A stretch of 63,982 nt of DNA, counting the filler, from Thelocarpon superellum (taxonomy: Eukaryota), in assembly GCA_026025795.1 (NCBI GenBank). It is 3 parts of 3 records of this genome, joined end to end, with 100 filler letters (N's around TTAATTAATTAA, not from the genome) between each part and the next. Parts side by side here need not be neighbours in the genome. Positions count along the whole stretch, not along the records: positions 21,773 to 43,372 come from JAPEUG010000308.1; 2 more parts are not named here. The stretch is one strand, 5' to 3'. Positions within the stretch are counted from its first letter, which is position 1. Every line of letters begins with the position of its first letter. The notes under the pieces are model-generated. The model saw nothing but the letters and a program-made list of their open reading frames with translations. It did no database searches and was not told where the DNA came from. Below are positions 25,387 to 39,077 of this stretch, piece after piece. A program made the position numbers and the translations under genes.

Positions 25387-28300
25387 TCAGGAGCTGGCGA
25401 CGGTGGCAATGGCAACAGTAGGGGGCAGCGCCAAGGTCGCTTTAGCGACAGATTCGTGCTCGCCCACACACTCGATCGTGCTGTGGTCCGTGCTGGGTAT
25501 CGAGCTGCTCTGCGGTGATTGCCCTTCTGTCGTCGACAGCGGCGGCGTCGGTGCCGCCGATACACTCGGAGGAGAGGCATGAGGAGGCGACGATACATTG
25601 CTGTACACGATTTTCTCAATCTGCCCGAGTCCATCAGTCACTTCCTCGGTCACTGATCACTGATCGCTCGCCACCATGGAGAAGCATACCGCCGATATCT
25701 GCTTGCCATAGGTGTACTTCTTGAGCGCCGCCAGCTGGGGCTTGATGCACTCGGCGAGCTTATCGAAATCCGCGGCCTTCAACTGGCCCAGGAGTTTCTC
25801 TGCATCGATCCATCAGCCATGCTCCCCCACGCGCCTGTGACATGTGAACTCACGAATCACATAGTTTCCATACTGGTCCCTCATCAAGCTCTGCACCGGT
25901 GAGGCACCATTGGACCCCAGCGCCGTCAGAATAGCCGTCATCTCGCGCCGTTGCTCGTCCGAGCCGAACTGGATGCTCTTCTCCACCACGTTCGAGGCGA
26001 ATTTGTGCTTCGAGAAGTGCACCAACTGCCCGATGATCAGGTCGATGATCTTGCTGCGATCCTCCGCTTGTCCATGCTCAATCACATGCTGCGTCACATA
26101 GTTCCCATACTGGTCCACGATGAGCGTGTACGTGCTCGCGTGAAGCTCTTGGAGAATCGAAATCCGCGCCGGGCCCGCGCAGTGTTCGAGCATACGTTGC
26201 ACGACGCGACAGCCGTAGGGATGCGTGGCCAGGCTATGCACTTGACCTGTGAAAGCGGTGATGATGAACTGGATGTGCTCCGGTGCCACCCGCTCGATGG
26301 CCTTTTGGATGACGTGGTTCCCATTCTGGTCTTTCACACACTTGAGCACGTGTGCGTCGAGCTCTTTCACCAGCGCGGCTTGCTGGTCCACGAGGATGTG
26401 CTCGAGAGCCTAGAGGGGGTCGGTCAGCCTGCAATCTCCGCGAGCTCACCCCAGTCCACCCACCTTCTGCACGACCCGACAGCCGTACATCTGCAAGGAC
26501 AGATTCAAGATATGGCCCTTCATCTGCTCCGCCAAAACCGTCTTCTGCTGCTGCGTGCCATGCTCAAAGAACTTCTGGATCACGTAGTTGCCAAACACAT
26601 CCGCCATAAGTTGCAGGGAGTTGGGGCGGAGCTCGCGGAACACCTGTTCCTTCTCGTCGCTATTCGCCGTCTCGAGCTTTTGCTGGATGAAGCGTGATCC
26701 ATGTTGATCCCCGCTAAACTCCACCACATGATCATAGATGTCCTGCATAACAGTTAGCACCACAGAGTCGAGGAACGCTCTGGGCGGGCGCCGTCATACC
26801 TTCAGCTCATAGCGTTTGCTCGTCTTCGCATTAGACCGGAATTCTTCGAGCAACGCACTACGATGATTATTCGCGTGGTCCACGTCTCGCGCCGGACCAC
26901 GAGGGGCAGCAGAACGGGAAGCTTGGCCGGCGACGGGGAGGTAAGGCACCATCGGATTGATCCGGTACCCATGTTGCGGCGGGTATTCATACGGATGTGC
27001 AGCCTGTGAAGTGCGAAACGGTTCGGAGGACATCAAGCCAGAACTGGAGTGCGCATAGCCCTGCTGTTCCTGCTGGAGACCGCGGAGCTTCTGATCGAGT
27101 AAGGCCGAATGACCGTTGGCGGCGGTCCGGCCGACGGTCCCACCACGCGACGGCGCACGGTATTGATCCATGCTCACGGGCGTTCCTCCAGCTGAATAAT
27201 ATGGGCTCTGCTGACGGTGGCGATAATCTCCGCCCGCAGGCGAGATGGTTCGTGGGTCGTTCAAGCGAGGCATTCGAAAGCCGCTGAGCTGGTCCACGAA
27301 AGGGCCCTCAGCCAGACTCTCGGGCGTGTAGGTCCCGACTGGGTTGCCATATGACCCCTCTCCGCCGCCCCACAGCTGGGACGGCGCGCCGGGTTGCATC
27401 GGTCGGTATCGGTACTCAAAGGCCAGCGGCGTTGAAGGCTTGGCCGGGAGGCCGGCGAGGCTTGGGATCGCCAGTGAGGCATGACCTTGCGACCCAGACA
27501 TATCTTGGAGATTCATCCGGGCCAGGTTGGCCTCCATCTCCGCCTGTCGAACATCGCCGTATCTGAAGTGGCCGTTCGAGAATGAGCTGGTGCTCGCAGC
27601 GTGATGAGACAATCCTCGTGTTGAGGCGGTGTAGGACTGATGTGGAGATGTGCCGTGGCCTGGTGTCGCTCGAAGGTTTCCATGTGCAAATGCAGCCTCA
27701 GCGCGTCGCGACGGGACCCCATCTGCGGTGGACGTGCCGGCAATAGCACCGGCACCAGGTAGTGGTTCTGAAGCGGATAGGCCGCCGAAGACATCGCTAT
27801 CCGAATCTCGCAGCGCACCAAGGATTGATGGCCCGGCCGCTGACAACGCTGCCTCGGCAGGACGGTCGTTCGGGTTGCTCGTTGTGAAGGTGGTGGAGGC
27901 GGGGTCGAGGTAGGGCGGTTGTGGCTGTCGACTGGCTGACGTTGGAGCTTGCCCGATGGGGATACGATGGGTGTTGAAGAAAGGCGACGAGCTGCGTGGC
28001 TTATCGGACAGCATCTGCGCCGGCTGGTGTGGGATTGGATTTCGCGAACGCGCCGGAGAGTGTGCGGGATCGTGGATGTGAGCATTGGAGAGGGCGGGCG
28101 AGATAGCATCCCCCGCGTTCCACGGCGTCGCCTGTCGATTTACCCACGTCTCGGACTCGGACGAGGCGACGAGGGAGCTGGAGCCACTCTTACCCTCGAA
28201 GGAACTATTACTCGTGTGAGAGTAGGCTTTTTCGTCTATCGCACGCACGTCAGCAACACGACCGTCGCCGCCGAGGTTGGAGGGACAAGGGACCTTTGGA

Positions 28301-28568
28301 GCGGGGCGGCTCATTTGCACCGTTGGCGAAGGGACCTCCAAGGCTTGACGGGCCCCAAATGCCGGCAGTCCAGCTCGACGCGGGGTTGCCGAAGCCTTGG
28401 CCGAGGGCGGAGACGTGGGACGACCGAGCGTCATCGCCATTGGTTCTCCGGGGTCCCGTCGTGAGGTCTCCCAATCGATTCTGGCGAATCTGATGAAGAC
28501 GCATCAAGTCAGCCAAGGATCGAAGTTTGAGCGACGGGCGTTGGCCGGCTTACCACTCCGGATGACAT
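25387..28568 (-). CDS. puf3: Pumilio/PUF RNA-binding protein, Puf3 type
   Basis: Eight PUF repeats (SRFIQ, NYVIQ, CRVVQ, NHVIQ, CRVVQ, NYVTQ, SNVVE, NYVIQ across an intron), the Pumilio/Puf3 code. Long disordered N-terminus; about six introns; ATG 28568 (MSSGV|IRQN...) is inferred. Confidence 0.88.
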
Positions 28569-30299
28569 GGCGAAATGGACGGACCAAATCCGGTCCGACG
28601 CGAGTGGTGGTCACCGCTATCTCGCTCCTGTGGGCCGAGATATGCTAGAATGGATCCAATGGATCGACTGCGGGACGGCGGCAATATGATGCACCTGTCG
28701 CGTCGGTCAGCGGACGGCGATGTGATCTGGGCGGCGCCGAACAAACCTCAAGGAGCGTTGCGCCAGACGCGGAATGTTGGAGGCAGTCGCAGGAGAGGCG
28801 AAGATTCGATGAAAGGGGTGCGGGCAGAATGACCGCAGTGCTCGAGGGAGCCCTTGGGATGGATGTCGGCCTCCGTCGGGTGGGGCGAGGGCCGATGGTG
28901 CGCGACTCCTTGGGCGCGTTGGGCGATCGTGTGCGATGCGAGCAGGCAGCCGTGATCCACTCTCGCGGCCAGCTCAGGTCATCAAGCAGCCATCCGGTTG
29001 CTCCCTCTCCCTCGCAAGTAAAAACGTCGGGGCACACAGACGCAGTGGGCACGAGTCCACCGTTGCGAGGCCCGGGCGAGAGTCAAGGGGCATCAACAGA
29101 ACGCTGGGTGGGGAATAAGGGGGCGTGAGCGAGCCTCGTCCGGGCAGTCGAGGGAACGGAGGGCGAGCGACCCACTCTCCTTGCTGCGTGACGAGCCGGC
29201 CCTGGACGGACACTCGGCGCAGAGGGGACGAGGGCGGTTTGACAGGTGGGGCGTGGGTGGCACTGGACGCTGTACCGTATCACGCCACTTGTGCCTCTGC
29301 TCGGTCGAGCACACTCGTGAGCGGACGTCGCTCTCGAGTCCGTCTATCGTGACGCTGGAGCGCTCGTCGACGGAGGTCGACGGTCACCGTGCTTGGTGGT
29401 GGTGAGGTACCGACGTGCGAAGCCACGAAGCGGGTTGAGTTTCCTCTATCAACGGGCGAAAGAGGCACAGAGTCACGGCGAAAGTCAAAAACGCCCCGTA
29501 ACTCGGATCTTATGGGATTAGTGGTAACTGTAAAAGCCAGGCTTGCAAGGCCCTGTGGCTCCGCCGTTCTCTAGAATCTCTCGGGACTTCCGTAGGGCGG
29601 TCTTAGTCTGGCCTTCAGGCGACCAGCCTACCAGCGTACCTGGTCGAGGGCGTAGTGTGTCGTCAGGGACGGACGCCATTCCGCTCTACGAATAGGGCCG
29701 ACGTGTTACCGTCCAGTGGGCAACTGTAACTCCCGTCCTGCGCCCCGAAACACCACCACCCACTCCGCACTCCCCTCCCGAAGCACCCTGGCCGCCCTAA
29801 AAATAACGAGCCCGCAGGCGGTCGGGCGATCGCCTAGGCGTCGTGGCGCCAGTGCGAGTAATCATGCACATATTTCCGGGCATGTCGGGCTTGTCCGGTA
29901 GTCTACTTGGCCAGCGGTCGGACTGGGGATGTATGGGACGATATGACGACGCAGGAAGACATGGGTTGGTACCGACGTAACAAGAGCTGCACAGGCCCGA
30001 TGCACCGAGGACCTGAGGCCACCAGACCTGATAGGACAGGACAGGACAGGACAGAGACGAGGGTGAAGATGAGGACGAGGGGAAGGAGCGCGAGGGCATA
30101 GCTGTTGGCCGCTCGCACGTCTCCTCGGTCTCGTAACGATACAACAATGTCGGAACCTCTCATGCACCTCCCAAACCTCACGTCACAACCGAGCCCGCGC
30201 GAGCTCTCGGGCCCCCGCCCATCTCCGAAACCGAGGGGGTCCCTTAACCTCGACGTGCTCGTCGTCGACGCTCATCGTATTGTTAGAGACGATCCGTGC

Positions 30300-30341
30300 C
30301 ACTGCCCACTGCCCAATGCCCAATGCCCAATGCCCGATGCC
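30300..30341. repeat. 7-bp tandem repeat (CAMTGCC)
   Basis: cactgcc cactgcc caatgcc caatgcc caatgcc cgatgcc. Confidence 0.7.
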
Positions 30342-33300
30342 CTGCGCTGCTCTTCCCTTTGGCCCTGTCGACATGGCCGTGCTGGTTGACTCAGCGCAGC
30401 ATGGGTGGGATGCGGGCGCTGCCGTGGTCGCGTTTGCAACTCCGCGATGAGAGCCGCACCTTGTAGGAGCATGCCAGAGCCTCATTACGCCCGTATCCCC
30501 CACTTCCCCGGCCTTCGGGCTAGAGCAATACCTGCGTCGGTGGGATCGATGCACGCACAGTCTTGTATGCTAGGCCTGTCCGGGACCGTCTCTGGGTCAA
30601 TAGCGACCGTACCAGATTCTGGACGAGTAAGATCGTAATATACTACTATCTTGCGCCGTCCGTGGGCACGGCAGATGGTGGCGAGATCGTCACGGCTTCT
30701 GCGAGCCCATTCTGCCGAGGATTGGCAGGAGTCTCACAACGGCCTCTAGTGGCAATTGTTGGTTGGCGCCGTCGCTCACTTGCTCTTCTTCCCCTCTCGG
30801 CACCTGACGCACGCCTCGCTCGCTCGCCATAGCATTGACAAAAATGCCTGGCCCTGAGCAAACGAAGTCGGGGCCCTCGCGCCCGGGGGGCGGGAAGGCC
30901 GAGGCGAGTTAATGTGACGTGGGACGGTGGGCGAAAGAGAAATTCCCTCCCCGTCGCCGGGTCGTGTCGGAACTGGACCGCTGCAGCAAGGCGGACCTTT
31001 TCATGCAAGACACCCGTCTCTCTTCCTCCCCGTCCTTGCGCCCTTTCAGCTGTTGGCAAATGGTCGATATTTGTCACGACCGTCCCATTGGCGTTTCCAG
31101 AGCTGCCACGCACTCCCCTCGTCCCATGAGCCTTGGACGGGATCAGTGGGCGAGAGCGAGGGTCGGAGTACGAGAAAGTCAAGCGGGGCTACACCGTGCG
31201 CCGAAGGGATCTGCAGTGATCGTTGATCCGACTTCACCCTGGCAAAGGCTGCTTCATTTCCAACGGCGTAATCGGCACGATCCGCTTCGGGCCAAGACCT
31301 TGACAGCCATCTTTCGCATCCGGTGCCGCGGACGATATCGGTCGGCCTTATACAAGCTGCACCACCGCCAACCAACGTGGCATCCGTCACAACGCAAGCT
31401 GCCTCGACATGCGACGACCCCGGCCTGGTTTTCGGGCGAATGTCTTTTCGTAGCCATCACTCCCGAACGATCGTCCGGCAAAAGCCGAGGGACTATCCAT
31501 GTCGGACGCTGGTGCAGTAGGAAGACACGGTCGCGTGTGAGGAATCTTCAGATCGGTCGCAGGCCCCGAGCATCGGACCGACACCCGTCTGTAAAGTAGC
31601 TGATCTCCCAAAGGTCGTATGCGAGCACCAGCTCGCAAGGGAGACGAGGCGACCCGTGGCCGTGGAGTGCAACCATAGCATGCCCATTGCAAGTCGCCTA
31701 GGCGGGTGGCAGTCACCTCACGCACCCCGGGGCTTTGGGACTCGGTTTGAGGTGGCCCTCGAGCCCTCACGGAGTCTCATCGGTCTCTGTACCAAGGAAT
31801 GCACTTCTACGCTTACCGGGAACATGGTCACTCTGACAAGACGATGCGCACGTTCCGTCCACGCACACCAAGCGGAGGTGCACCCCGCGATGCTATGCGC
31901 GCATTGGTCGTGAACGACCGGCCCTTTTCACATTCATCAGGTTGACGAGAAAAGGTGCCGCCAGTAATCTGCGCCGTCGACCCTTTGCCGCTCTCGTGGT
32001 TGGAATTGGCGCCGAGTCAGCAGAAGCGAGCATCTCGTACGAGTGGTCTCAATGTGCCTCCTACTGCCTAAGTGTCGGCGAACTTCGCGTGAGGACAGGT
32101 TGCTGCACCTGGCGCTACAAGAAGAAAAGCGGCCGCTCGGGAGGGAGCAGCGCTGAAGGTCAAGTAGCATGACTGGGAACTCACCACGACACTGGGCGTG
32201 CAGGGAGCGACGGCGTCTCGCAGCGTTTGGTCCGATCGTGCGAGGGGATCAGACCCAACGTTGCATTCAGCTGAGGGCACGCAGCAGGCTGACGAGAGCA
32301 ATGCAGCAACGCCCAGGTGCTTGTGTGCTTGGTGAACGAGTGAAGGTAGGATTTATGCCGCGAGCGGGGCAAGGCAACTCGATCGCGGACGAGGACTGGC
32401 AGTTACCGAAGGATTCGGCTGAAAGAAGGATAATACAGGTGCTACTGGGTGTCTCCATCATGCAAAGGGACCGAGCTCCCATTGGAGACCGTAGTCGGGT
32501 CTACCATCCGCAGCATACAGGACGCTAGATGTTGGCCCCAGGGAGGTGAAGCTGGACCGACGAGCGTGCTTGTGCGCACGCTCGGAAGTATTTTCAGGAG
32601 GGACTACGGTACCTCCCGTACGTGTGCTGGGAGTACTTCCTGGAGCTCGAAGATGAGTCGTGGCGCTCGTGGTAGCTGGCACGCATGCTTGCTGCTCTTC
32701 CCATCCCACAGCTCCTCGGCCACAACGGGTGCTCGTAGCTACAGCCCTCGCGCTCGCTCGCCGCCGCGCCTAAGAAAAGGAGGTGAGAGTGTAGCGGTGC
32801 CGAAAAGGTCGGCGGAAGACTCGGACAGTGAGCACGACAGCAAAAGCCAGTGCACGCGAGCGCAGCCGGGCCGAGTCCAACCAATCACTGCCTCTTCGCG
32901 AGGGGGAGACAACCCTAACTCGGCAGGTTCCTGGCTGTGCACGATCGTTGATTGGTCGGAACCTGCATTCGCCGCATACTTGGACGCTAGCGAACGGCAA
33001 GCGAGGAAACAATCTCCACCTTGGATTGGTCGACCCCTGTACTGTTTGTTCCCGCCTAACGGGCAGCGGTGGACGGACGAGCAGCAGGCAGGAGTGAGAC
33101 CGTTGCTACCGTTTGGGCCTCTCCTCCCCCTTCCCTCTCGCTCGCCGCGGCCACCGTATGCGCTCCTTCAAACCTGCCTTCGACCGACCTCACCTTCGTT
33201 ATCCCTTCCTTCGGCCTCCGCGGGGATCAGCTTCACTCTCTCAGCTGATCGACTGCGCGTCCCTCATTCCAACGGTTCATTCCCGTCCCTTCTGGACCGC

Positions 33301-33496
33301 TCAACGCGTGCGACCGATTTGCCTGTCGAATCCGCCCGTGGCCTGGGACCTCGCGATCAGTACTTGTACGTGGACGGTTCATCCCTCAATCGCACGACAT
33401 CGCCCGGCCGTGACTGACCCTCTCGCGCACAGCGATCGGCCAGTTCACTCCGGTGTCAATGTGCTGCGCTCCCGACGCGTGATCAACTCTTTCGCC

Positions 33497-34036
33497 ATGG
33501 CGCCTGCTGCCGTTGTCGCCGCGCGCGATAACGCGTCGTCCACCGTCAGCGGCCTGACGCCGATGACGGTCAACCTGCTCATCGCCCTGTTCGCCTTTCT
33601 CTTCCTCGGACTGCTCAGTCTTACGGGGCTCCTGTTTCTGCGAAGCTATCGACGGTCACGAGCGAACCGGCTCCCTGCCTACGAGGAGACCACGTCCTGC
33701 TCCTCAAAACACCGACGACTCACCATCACCGCGGCGCCCTATGGCCGATACTCGCAATCCATCCATGTCTACAACGAAAAGGAGAACCTCGTCGAGCACT
33801 CGTCGAGTCCGCCTCTCAGCCCCGCCACTGTGCCAGAGATTCGCATCACCTTCCCCGAAGAAGAGGGCGAGGGTGGACGACGGACTTCGGGCCGCGTGGT
33901 GCTCGTGCGAATGGGGGAGACGGGCGTTGGCCTGGAACCTCTGGACGAGAGCCTCCCGCCCTACCAGTCAAGCGATGCCGACCGCTTTCACTCTTTAGAT
34001 CTGGATCGCATAGGCGACATGAAGTCGCACGCATGA
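33497..34036 (+). CDS. Single-pass membrane protein with PY and PxIxIT motifs
   Basis: ATG in a GCCATGG context; TM LLIALFAFLFLGLLSLTGLLFL followed by RSYRRSR; LPAY, VPEIRITFPEE and LPPY motifs. Confidence 0.75.
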   Translation: MAPAAVVAARDNASSTVSGLTPMTVNLLIALFAFLFLGLLSLTGLLFLRSYRRSRANRLPAYEETTSCSSKHRRLTITAAPYGRYSQSIHVYNEKENLVEHSSSPPLSPATVPEIRITFPEEEGEGGRRTSGRVVLVRMGETGVGLEPLDESLPPYQSSDADRFHSLDLDRIGDMKSHA

Positions 34037-35303
34037 CCCGGGGATCGTATCCCTCTCCCAACCATGGCAGTGGCGTGGCCGTCTTGGCTACCGCCGCATC
34101 TTCTGCCGTGACCTCCCGGTCTTGGTCCACTTCCTATCTTCACTCGACATGAGCCTGGTCTCGACGATCATCGCCATTGTGCCGTCACGTCTTCTCACGA
34201 ACTTGAGCGTGCCGTCACCTTCATTTAGACTATCCTTAATTGTATTCTAATTGGATATCTCAGCATCTGAGACTTTGACCCCACAGAGACAACACTGGCT
34301 CGCGTGACTGTAGATACGCGGAGATGTGTGGGGTGGATGCGACCACGCGACGTGGTGGGGCCGGTCAGGCCTTGCCTGCGCCATGTCAGGGTCTCAGCGA
34401 GGTATGATGCCCTGCACGGGAAGGTGCCAGGGGCATCCTTCGACACGCCATCCTTTCACGTAAAACTCTAACCCTGTGTCATTGGCAACGTTTGGTTATT
34501 CAGCGAGAGGTCATACAGTAGGGCGATCTCGTCGTACAGACGTGTCATCTGGCCGCGCTTCATGGTGGGCGTGATGGGCAGCGGATGGAGATGAAGCCTG
34601 GTCCACCGGACATGCGGCAGTTAAGAGGGGCACGTGCGTCGGTTGCCGCGATCACGCGAAATCGCGAAAAGTCGCGGTCGCTGCCGCGACTACCATCGTG
34701 GCCTCAGTACCGCGAACGCTCCCACGGTACGAAGTACTTCATACCGGTCAAAAGGTTCGATTGCTCTCTACCGTGCTGACTCGCCTCCTCTCGTCAACCA
34801 TCCCATTCGACGTTCGCACCTACGCAGCTGTTCAGGGACTGCTTTCGAGTTACCGTGCCAGCACGTGATATCACCGCAGTCCAACGACTTATGTTTTGGA
34901 TTCGTCAGGTCCCTGTTCGCGCCCCATTGGCCTGGATGGGCCTGGACCGATATCCTTTGCGAGGTGGATGTCTAGTATAATTTGTACATTGGCTCGCCAC
35001 TCGTGACCAAAGCCCCTTGTATTAGGCTTCCCTTCATCCGCGCTTTGGATTGTGGTCATCGCACTGCACGTACTTGTAGACCGGCGACGTTTCAGAGGAA
35101 TCGACGTCGCCACTAGCTGCAGGGCCTATCATTAGTCCCACGGATCCATTTAGCTTCGAGCTACGAAGTACACCCGCCAGACGCCGAGATACTACGTCAA
35201 ACGCCAGGACGAGCGGCACTCGAATGTTTGGCAGACCCTCCCTCTATGGCCATATGTCGTCGTAGGAGTGCTCCGCTGGGTCCGTCGTGGAGCCCTTGGA
35301 TCC

Positions 35304-38300
35304 ATGGCCGACGGGTTGCCTGACTACAAGTCGCTCCACGCGCAGTATGCGCAAGCTCGACGGCGCAAGGAGCGAGAGCAAGAAGTTGTCTCGAGACGGT
35401 CACAGCGTCCGGAGCAGTCGTCCGCGCCAGAGGAGCTTCGGTTCAAGACTTCACATCTTCTCCTCGTCGTCCTTTTCAGCTGGTTCCTGTCAGCTCACCC
35501 TTCGCCCTGCCACGGTGGGAGACTCGCTGACGGGAGCCCGAGATAGTCTCCTTCATGTCCTGGGCCTGTACTTTTTCACCAAAGGCTTCCTCCTCACCAG
35601 GTTGGTGCTGGACGACCAATCGGAGTGTGCCATCTCCCCACTTGCCCCGGACGATGACCACGACCAGGCAAATGGGTCTCCGGCCGCGGGCTGCTGGCAC
35701 CCCAAGAGCTTTGAAAAAGCTGTGGTGATCATTGTGGATGCACTACGATACGATTTCACTGTGCCTTTCCATCCGGTCAGCGAAGGCGAGGCTCCACACC
35801 ATTTCCACAATGCGCTGCCATTTTTCTACGACACGGCGGTCCAGCAGCCGCACAACGCCTTCCTGTTACCCTTCATCGCCGACCCGCCCACCACCACCCT
35901 TCAACGGTTGAAAGGCTTGACAACCGGCACGCTCCCTACCTTCATCGATGCCGGCTCCAACTTCGCCGGGACGGCGATTGAAGAGGATAATCTAATCAGC
36001 CAGCTGAGGAGTGCTGGCAAGAACGTGGTGCACTTGGGGGACGATACCTGGCACTCGCTCTTTCCGGGATACTTTGACGCCAACCTGACGCGAAAATACG
36101 ACTCGTTCAACGTGTGGGACCTGCACACGGTGGATAATGGAGTGACAGAACACCTCATTCCCCTCCTTCAACCCGCAAATACCTCCAGGTGGGATGTGCT
36201 CATCGGGCATTATCTGGGCGTAGACCACGCCGGTCACCGGTATGGACCGGATCATCCTGCCATGACAGCGAAACTGCAGCAGATGGACGCAGTCTTCCGC
36301 GAGGTCATCTCGCTGCTTGACGACTCCACGCTGCTTGTGGTCATGGGTGATCATGGCATGGATGTGAAGGGAGACCACGGCGGAGAATCCTTCGATGAAG
36401 TTCAGGCCGCGCTCTGGATGTACTCCAAGAAGGGTATCTTCGGTCGACGCACGCCAGAGGTTGTCCATCCACCCGCCAGTGCACATGAGCGTCCGGTCGC
36501 GCAGATCGACCTCGTCCCCACCCTCGCACTCCTCCTCGGGCTGCCAATCCCCTTTAACAACCTCGGAGCGCCGATCGAAGAAGCCTTCCTTGGCCGTGAC
36601 GGGAGGAACTGGGAGAACTTGGCAGTCGCGAGCCGCTTGGCTGGAGCGCAGATCAAGAGGTATCAATCCGAATATGCCAAGGCGCGCGGTCTCGACAGCT
36701 CTTCTACGGCCGGGCCCTTGGCCAGATGGGCCGAGGCCACGGCGAAATGGACGGCGGTAGCCTCCCACCGCGCCAAGGCGTCGGCCACCGAATGGACCGA
36801 GACATATGACGCCTTTTCGATCTACCAGCGAGAGACGGTGGGGATTTGTCGGTCGTTGTGGGCACGGTTCGACGTTGCGAGCATGATCGCAGGGATCCTG
36901 ATCCTCGGTGCTGGCCTCGTCCTGCTCCTGTTGTACGGAAGTCGCCTCGGAGAAGCGGACATCAAGGTCACCCCGTTCCTGCTCGTCAGGATCCTCACCG
37001 GAATGGTCGTAGGCGCTGTCGGCGGCAGCTCTCTTTCGCTCCTGGCGTCAGACCTCACCACGCCGGTTGATGGGGTGCTGCTCGGATGCGCCGGTGGCGG
37101 CTTCGTTGGCCTTGGATCGGGCATGCTGAATGTTTCGGATCGCGTGCGTGGCTTGCTTCCAGCCTCTCTCTGGAGCTGGCTGGCCATCGTCTTCACGGTC
37201 AGCCAATCGATTGGCTACGCGTCCAACTCGTACACCATCTGGGAGGACGAGATCCTACTCTACTTTCTTGCGACCTTCGGCCTCCTCGCCGCGATCTCCT
37301 CGTCACGCAGACAGGATCTGGTTGAGCGGACGTTGGGAACGTACCAGGCCGTTCTCTTCATTCTGCTGACCCGATGCGCCTCGTTCTCCCGCCTCTGCCG
37401 TGAGGAACAGATGCCCTACTGCCGCTCGACGTACTATGCATCGGCGAACTCATCGACGTCGGCGGTCTGGCAGCTCTTCATTCCATTCCTCCTCGCCATC
37501 ATCCTACCGGACATCATCAAGTCCTACTACCGCGGAACACGGTCGTTTGAGGGTGCAGCAGTGTTCTGGATAGGATTTGCCTTTCGGATCGGTCTTCTGC
37601 TCGCGGCCGTCTTTTGGGCTCTGGACGCTGCAGATGACGGCGAGTGGTTCACGTTCGGGGAGGGCGTGCTGAAGACGATCCGCATGAGCATCGCCCAACT
37701 GGTGCTGGCGATTGCACTGGCGGCAGGCAGTACGTACTACGTCTGGGCGAAGCCATGCGTCAGTATTGCGACGACCCGGCCGGGAGGAGGCGGCAGCAAT
37801 GGAACGGCGTCGGCATCTCTGATGGACACGGACAATGGCCCCACGTCGACGGTGACGGTCCTTGGATACGCCAACACGCACGGCAGTCGATACGTCCTCC
37901 TGCTGACGAACTTCGCGCTGGCGGTGCTCCTGTTGCAGAAACCAATGGGCCACCTCTCGATCGGGATTCTGGTATGGCAGATATTGTGCCTGATGGAGAT
38001 TCTCGATACGAATGCCCTCAGCGGTAGCGTCATCGGTCCCGTGGTGCTGGGACTGCTGGGAAACTTTCATTTCTTCAAGACGGGCCACCAGGCCACGCTC
38101 GCCAGCATCCAATGGGAATCGGCGTTCATCCCTCTCCGCACGATTCAATACCCATGGTCACCACTGCTCGTCTTGGGCAACACGTACGGCGCACAGATTC
38201 TCGCCACGCTAGCCGTGCCGCTGGTCGTGATGTGGAAACAGCCGCCGAAGCAGCCAGGGCTTCTGGCAAACGTGGCCAGAGCCATCACGGCCAACATGGC

Positions 38301-38499
38301 CTTTCACGCCACGATCCATCTGGCCTGTACCATGTGGGCGGGCCATCTCCGCCGCCATCTCATGCTGTATCGCATCTTCTCGCCCCGCTGGATGACCAGT
38401 GGGGCCGTCTTGGTCTTTTGTGACGTCGTGGCCATCTGGATTGGCTTGGTGGCCGTGCGACCCAATGCATTGAGCGTGGCGGAGGTTTTTGGATGGTGA
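35304..38499 (+). CDS. gpi13: GPI ethanolamine-phosphate transferase 3 (PIG-O)
   Basis: FTKGFLLTR, IVDALRYDF, ADPPTTTLQRLKGLTTG, GDDTW, HYLGVDHAGHRYGP, GDHGMD..GDHGG, multi-TM C-terminus with RRHLMLYRIFSPR; intron 35489-35546. Confidence 0.95.
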
Positions 38500-38650
38500 G
38501 TGTGTACCGTACGCCACCGCTGTATCGATTACCGTTGTTGTGTGACGTGGGTGGGTGGAGATGCGAAGGGAAGTGATCTAGAAGGGGGAAAGAGTCGATC
38601 GAATAGTAATGTACAAGCAAGCCCGTCGCAACGTTGGAGACCGCACTCGC

Positions 38651-39077
38651 TCAATCCACCCCCTGCGCCCGAAACTGCGGATGCTGGGCCTGGTTGCCCT
38701 GCCATGACGCACCCATGCTCAAATCCGGCACCTGGACCTGCACTTCTTCGCCGGCATAGTAGAACCAGGCCCGGCTCAAGACGGTCATGATGTGTTGGGG
38801 GAGGTACAGCGACGCGGCGATGGCGATCATGGAGAGGAAGAGGAAGAGGAACGAGTCTGCGGGTGCAATGAGCTTCAGCTTGCCGTTCCTGGAACGAGGG
38901 TCGGGTGGTGCGATACGGTGTGGGAGAAGGGAAGGGAAGGGAAGGGAAGAAGAGCCCCGGGATAGACCCACTGAAGATGAACTTCTCCGTCGGCGTCAAC
39001 ATGTACAGGGAAAAGGTGACTTCGTATTGATATCGCTTCCGCTGTAACCAGCGGAGGAGGGGCGTGGCGTAGAGCAT
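38651..39077 (-). CDS. Serine palmitoyltransferase small subunit-like protein
   Basis: RWLQRKRYQYEVTFSLYMLTPTEKFIF|NSFLFLFLSMIAIAASLYLPQHI...RAWFYY; intron 38857-38971. Confidence 0.85.

Noticed and set aside
29480..29600. RNase MRP/P or U5 snRNA on the minus strand
   Set aside because: Only partial look-alikes (GGAAGTCCCG, GGCTTTTAC); no room for P1 after the putative P4, and the U5 loop GCCTTTTAC is not matched.
32911..32919. AACCCTAAC as a telomerase RNA template
   Set aside because: A single 9-mer can occur by chance. It lies under 600 nt upstream of a same-strand gene, leaving no room for the ~2-kb Pezizomycotina TER, and no pseudoknot was recognised.
32449..33417. 322-aa ORF and other long ORFs in 29-33 kb and 51.3-53.6 kb
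   Set aside because: S/R/P-rich translations with non-ATG starts and no recognisable motif, as expected by chance in high-GC DNA.
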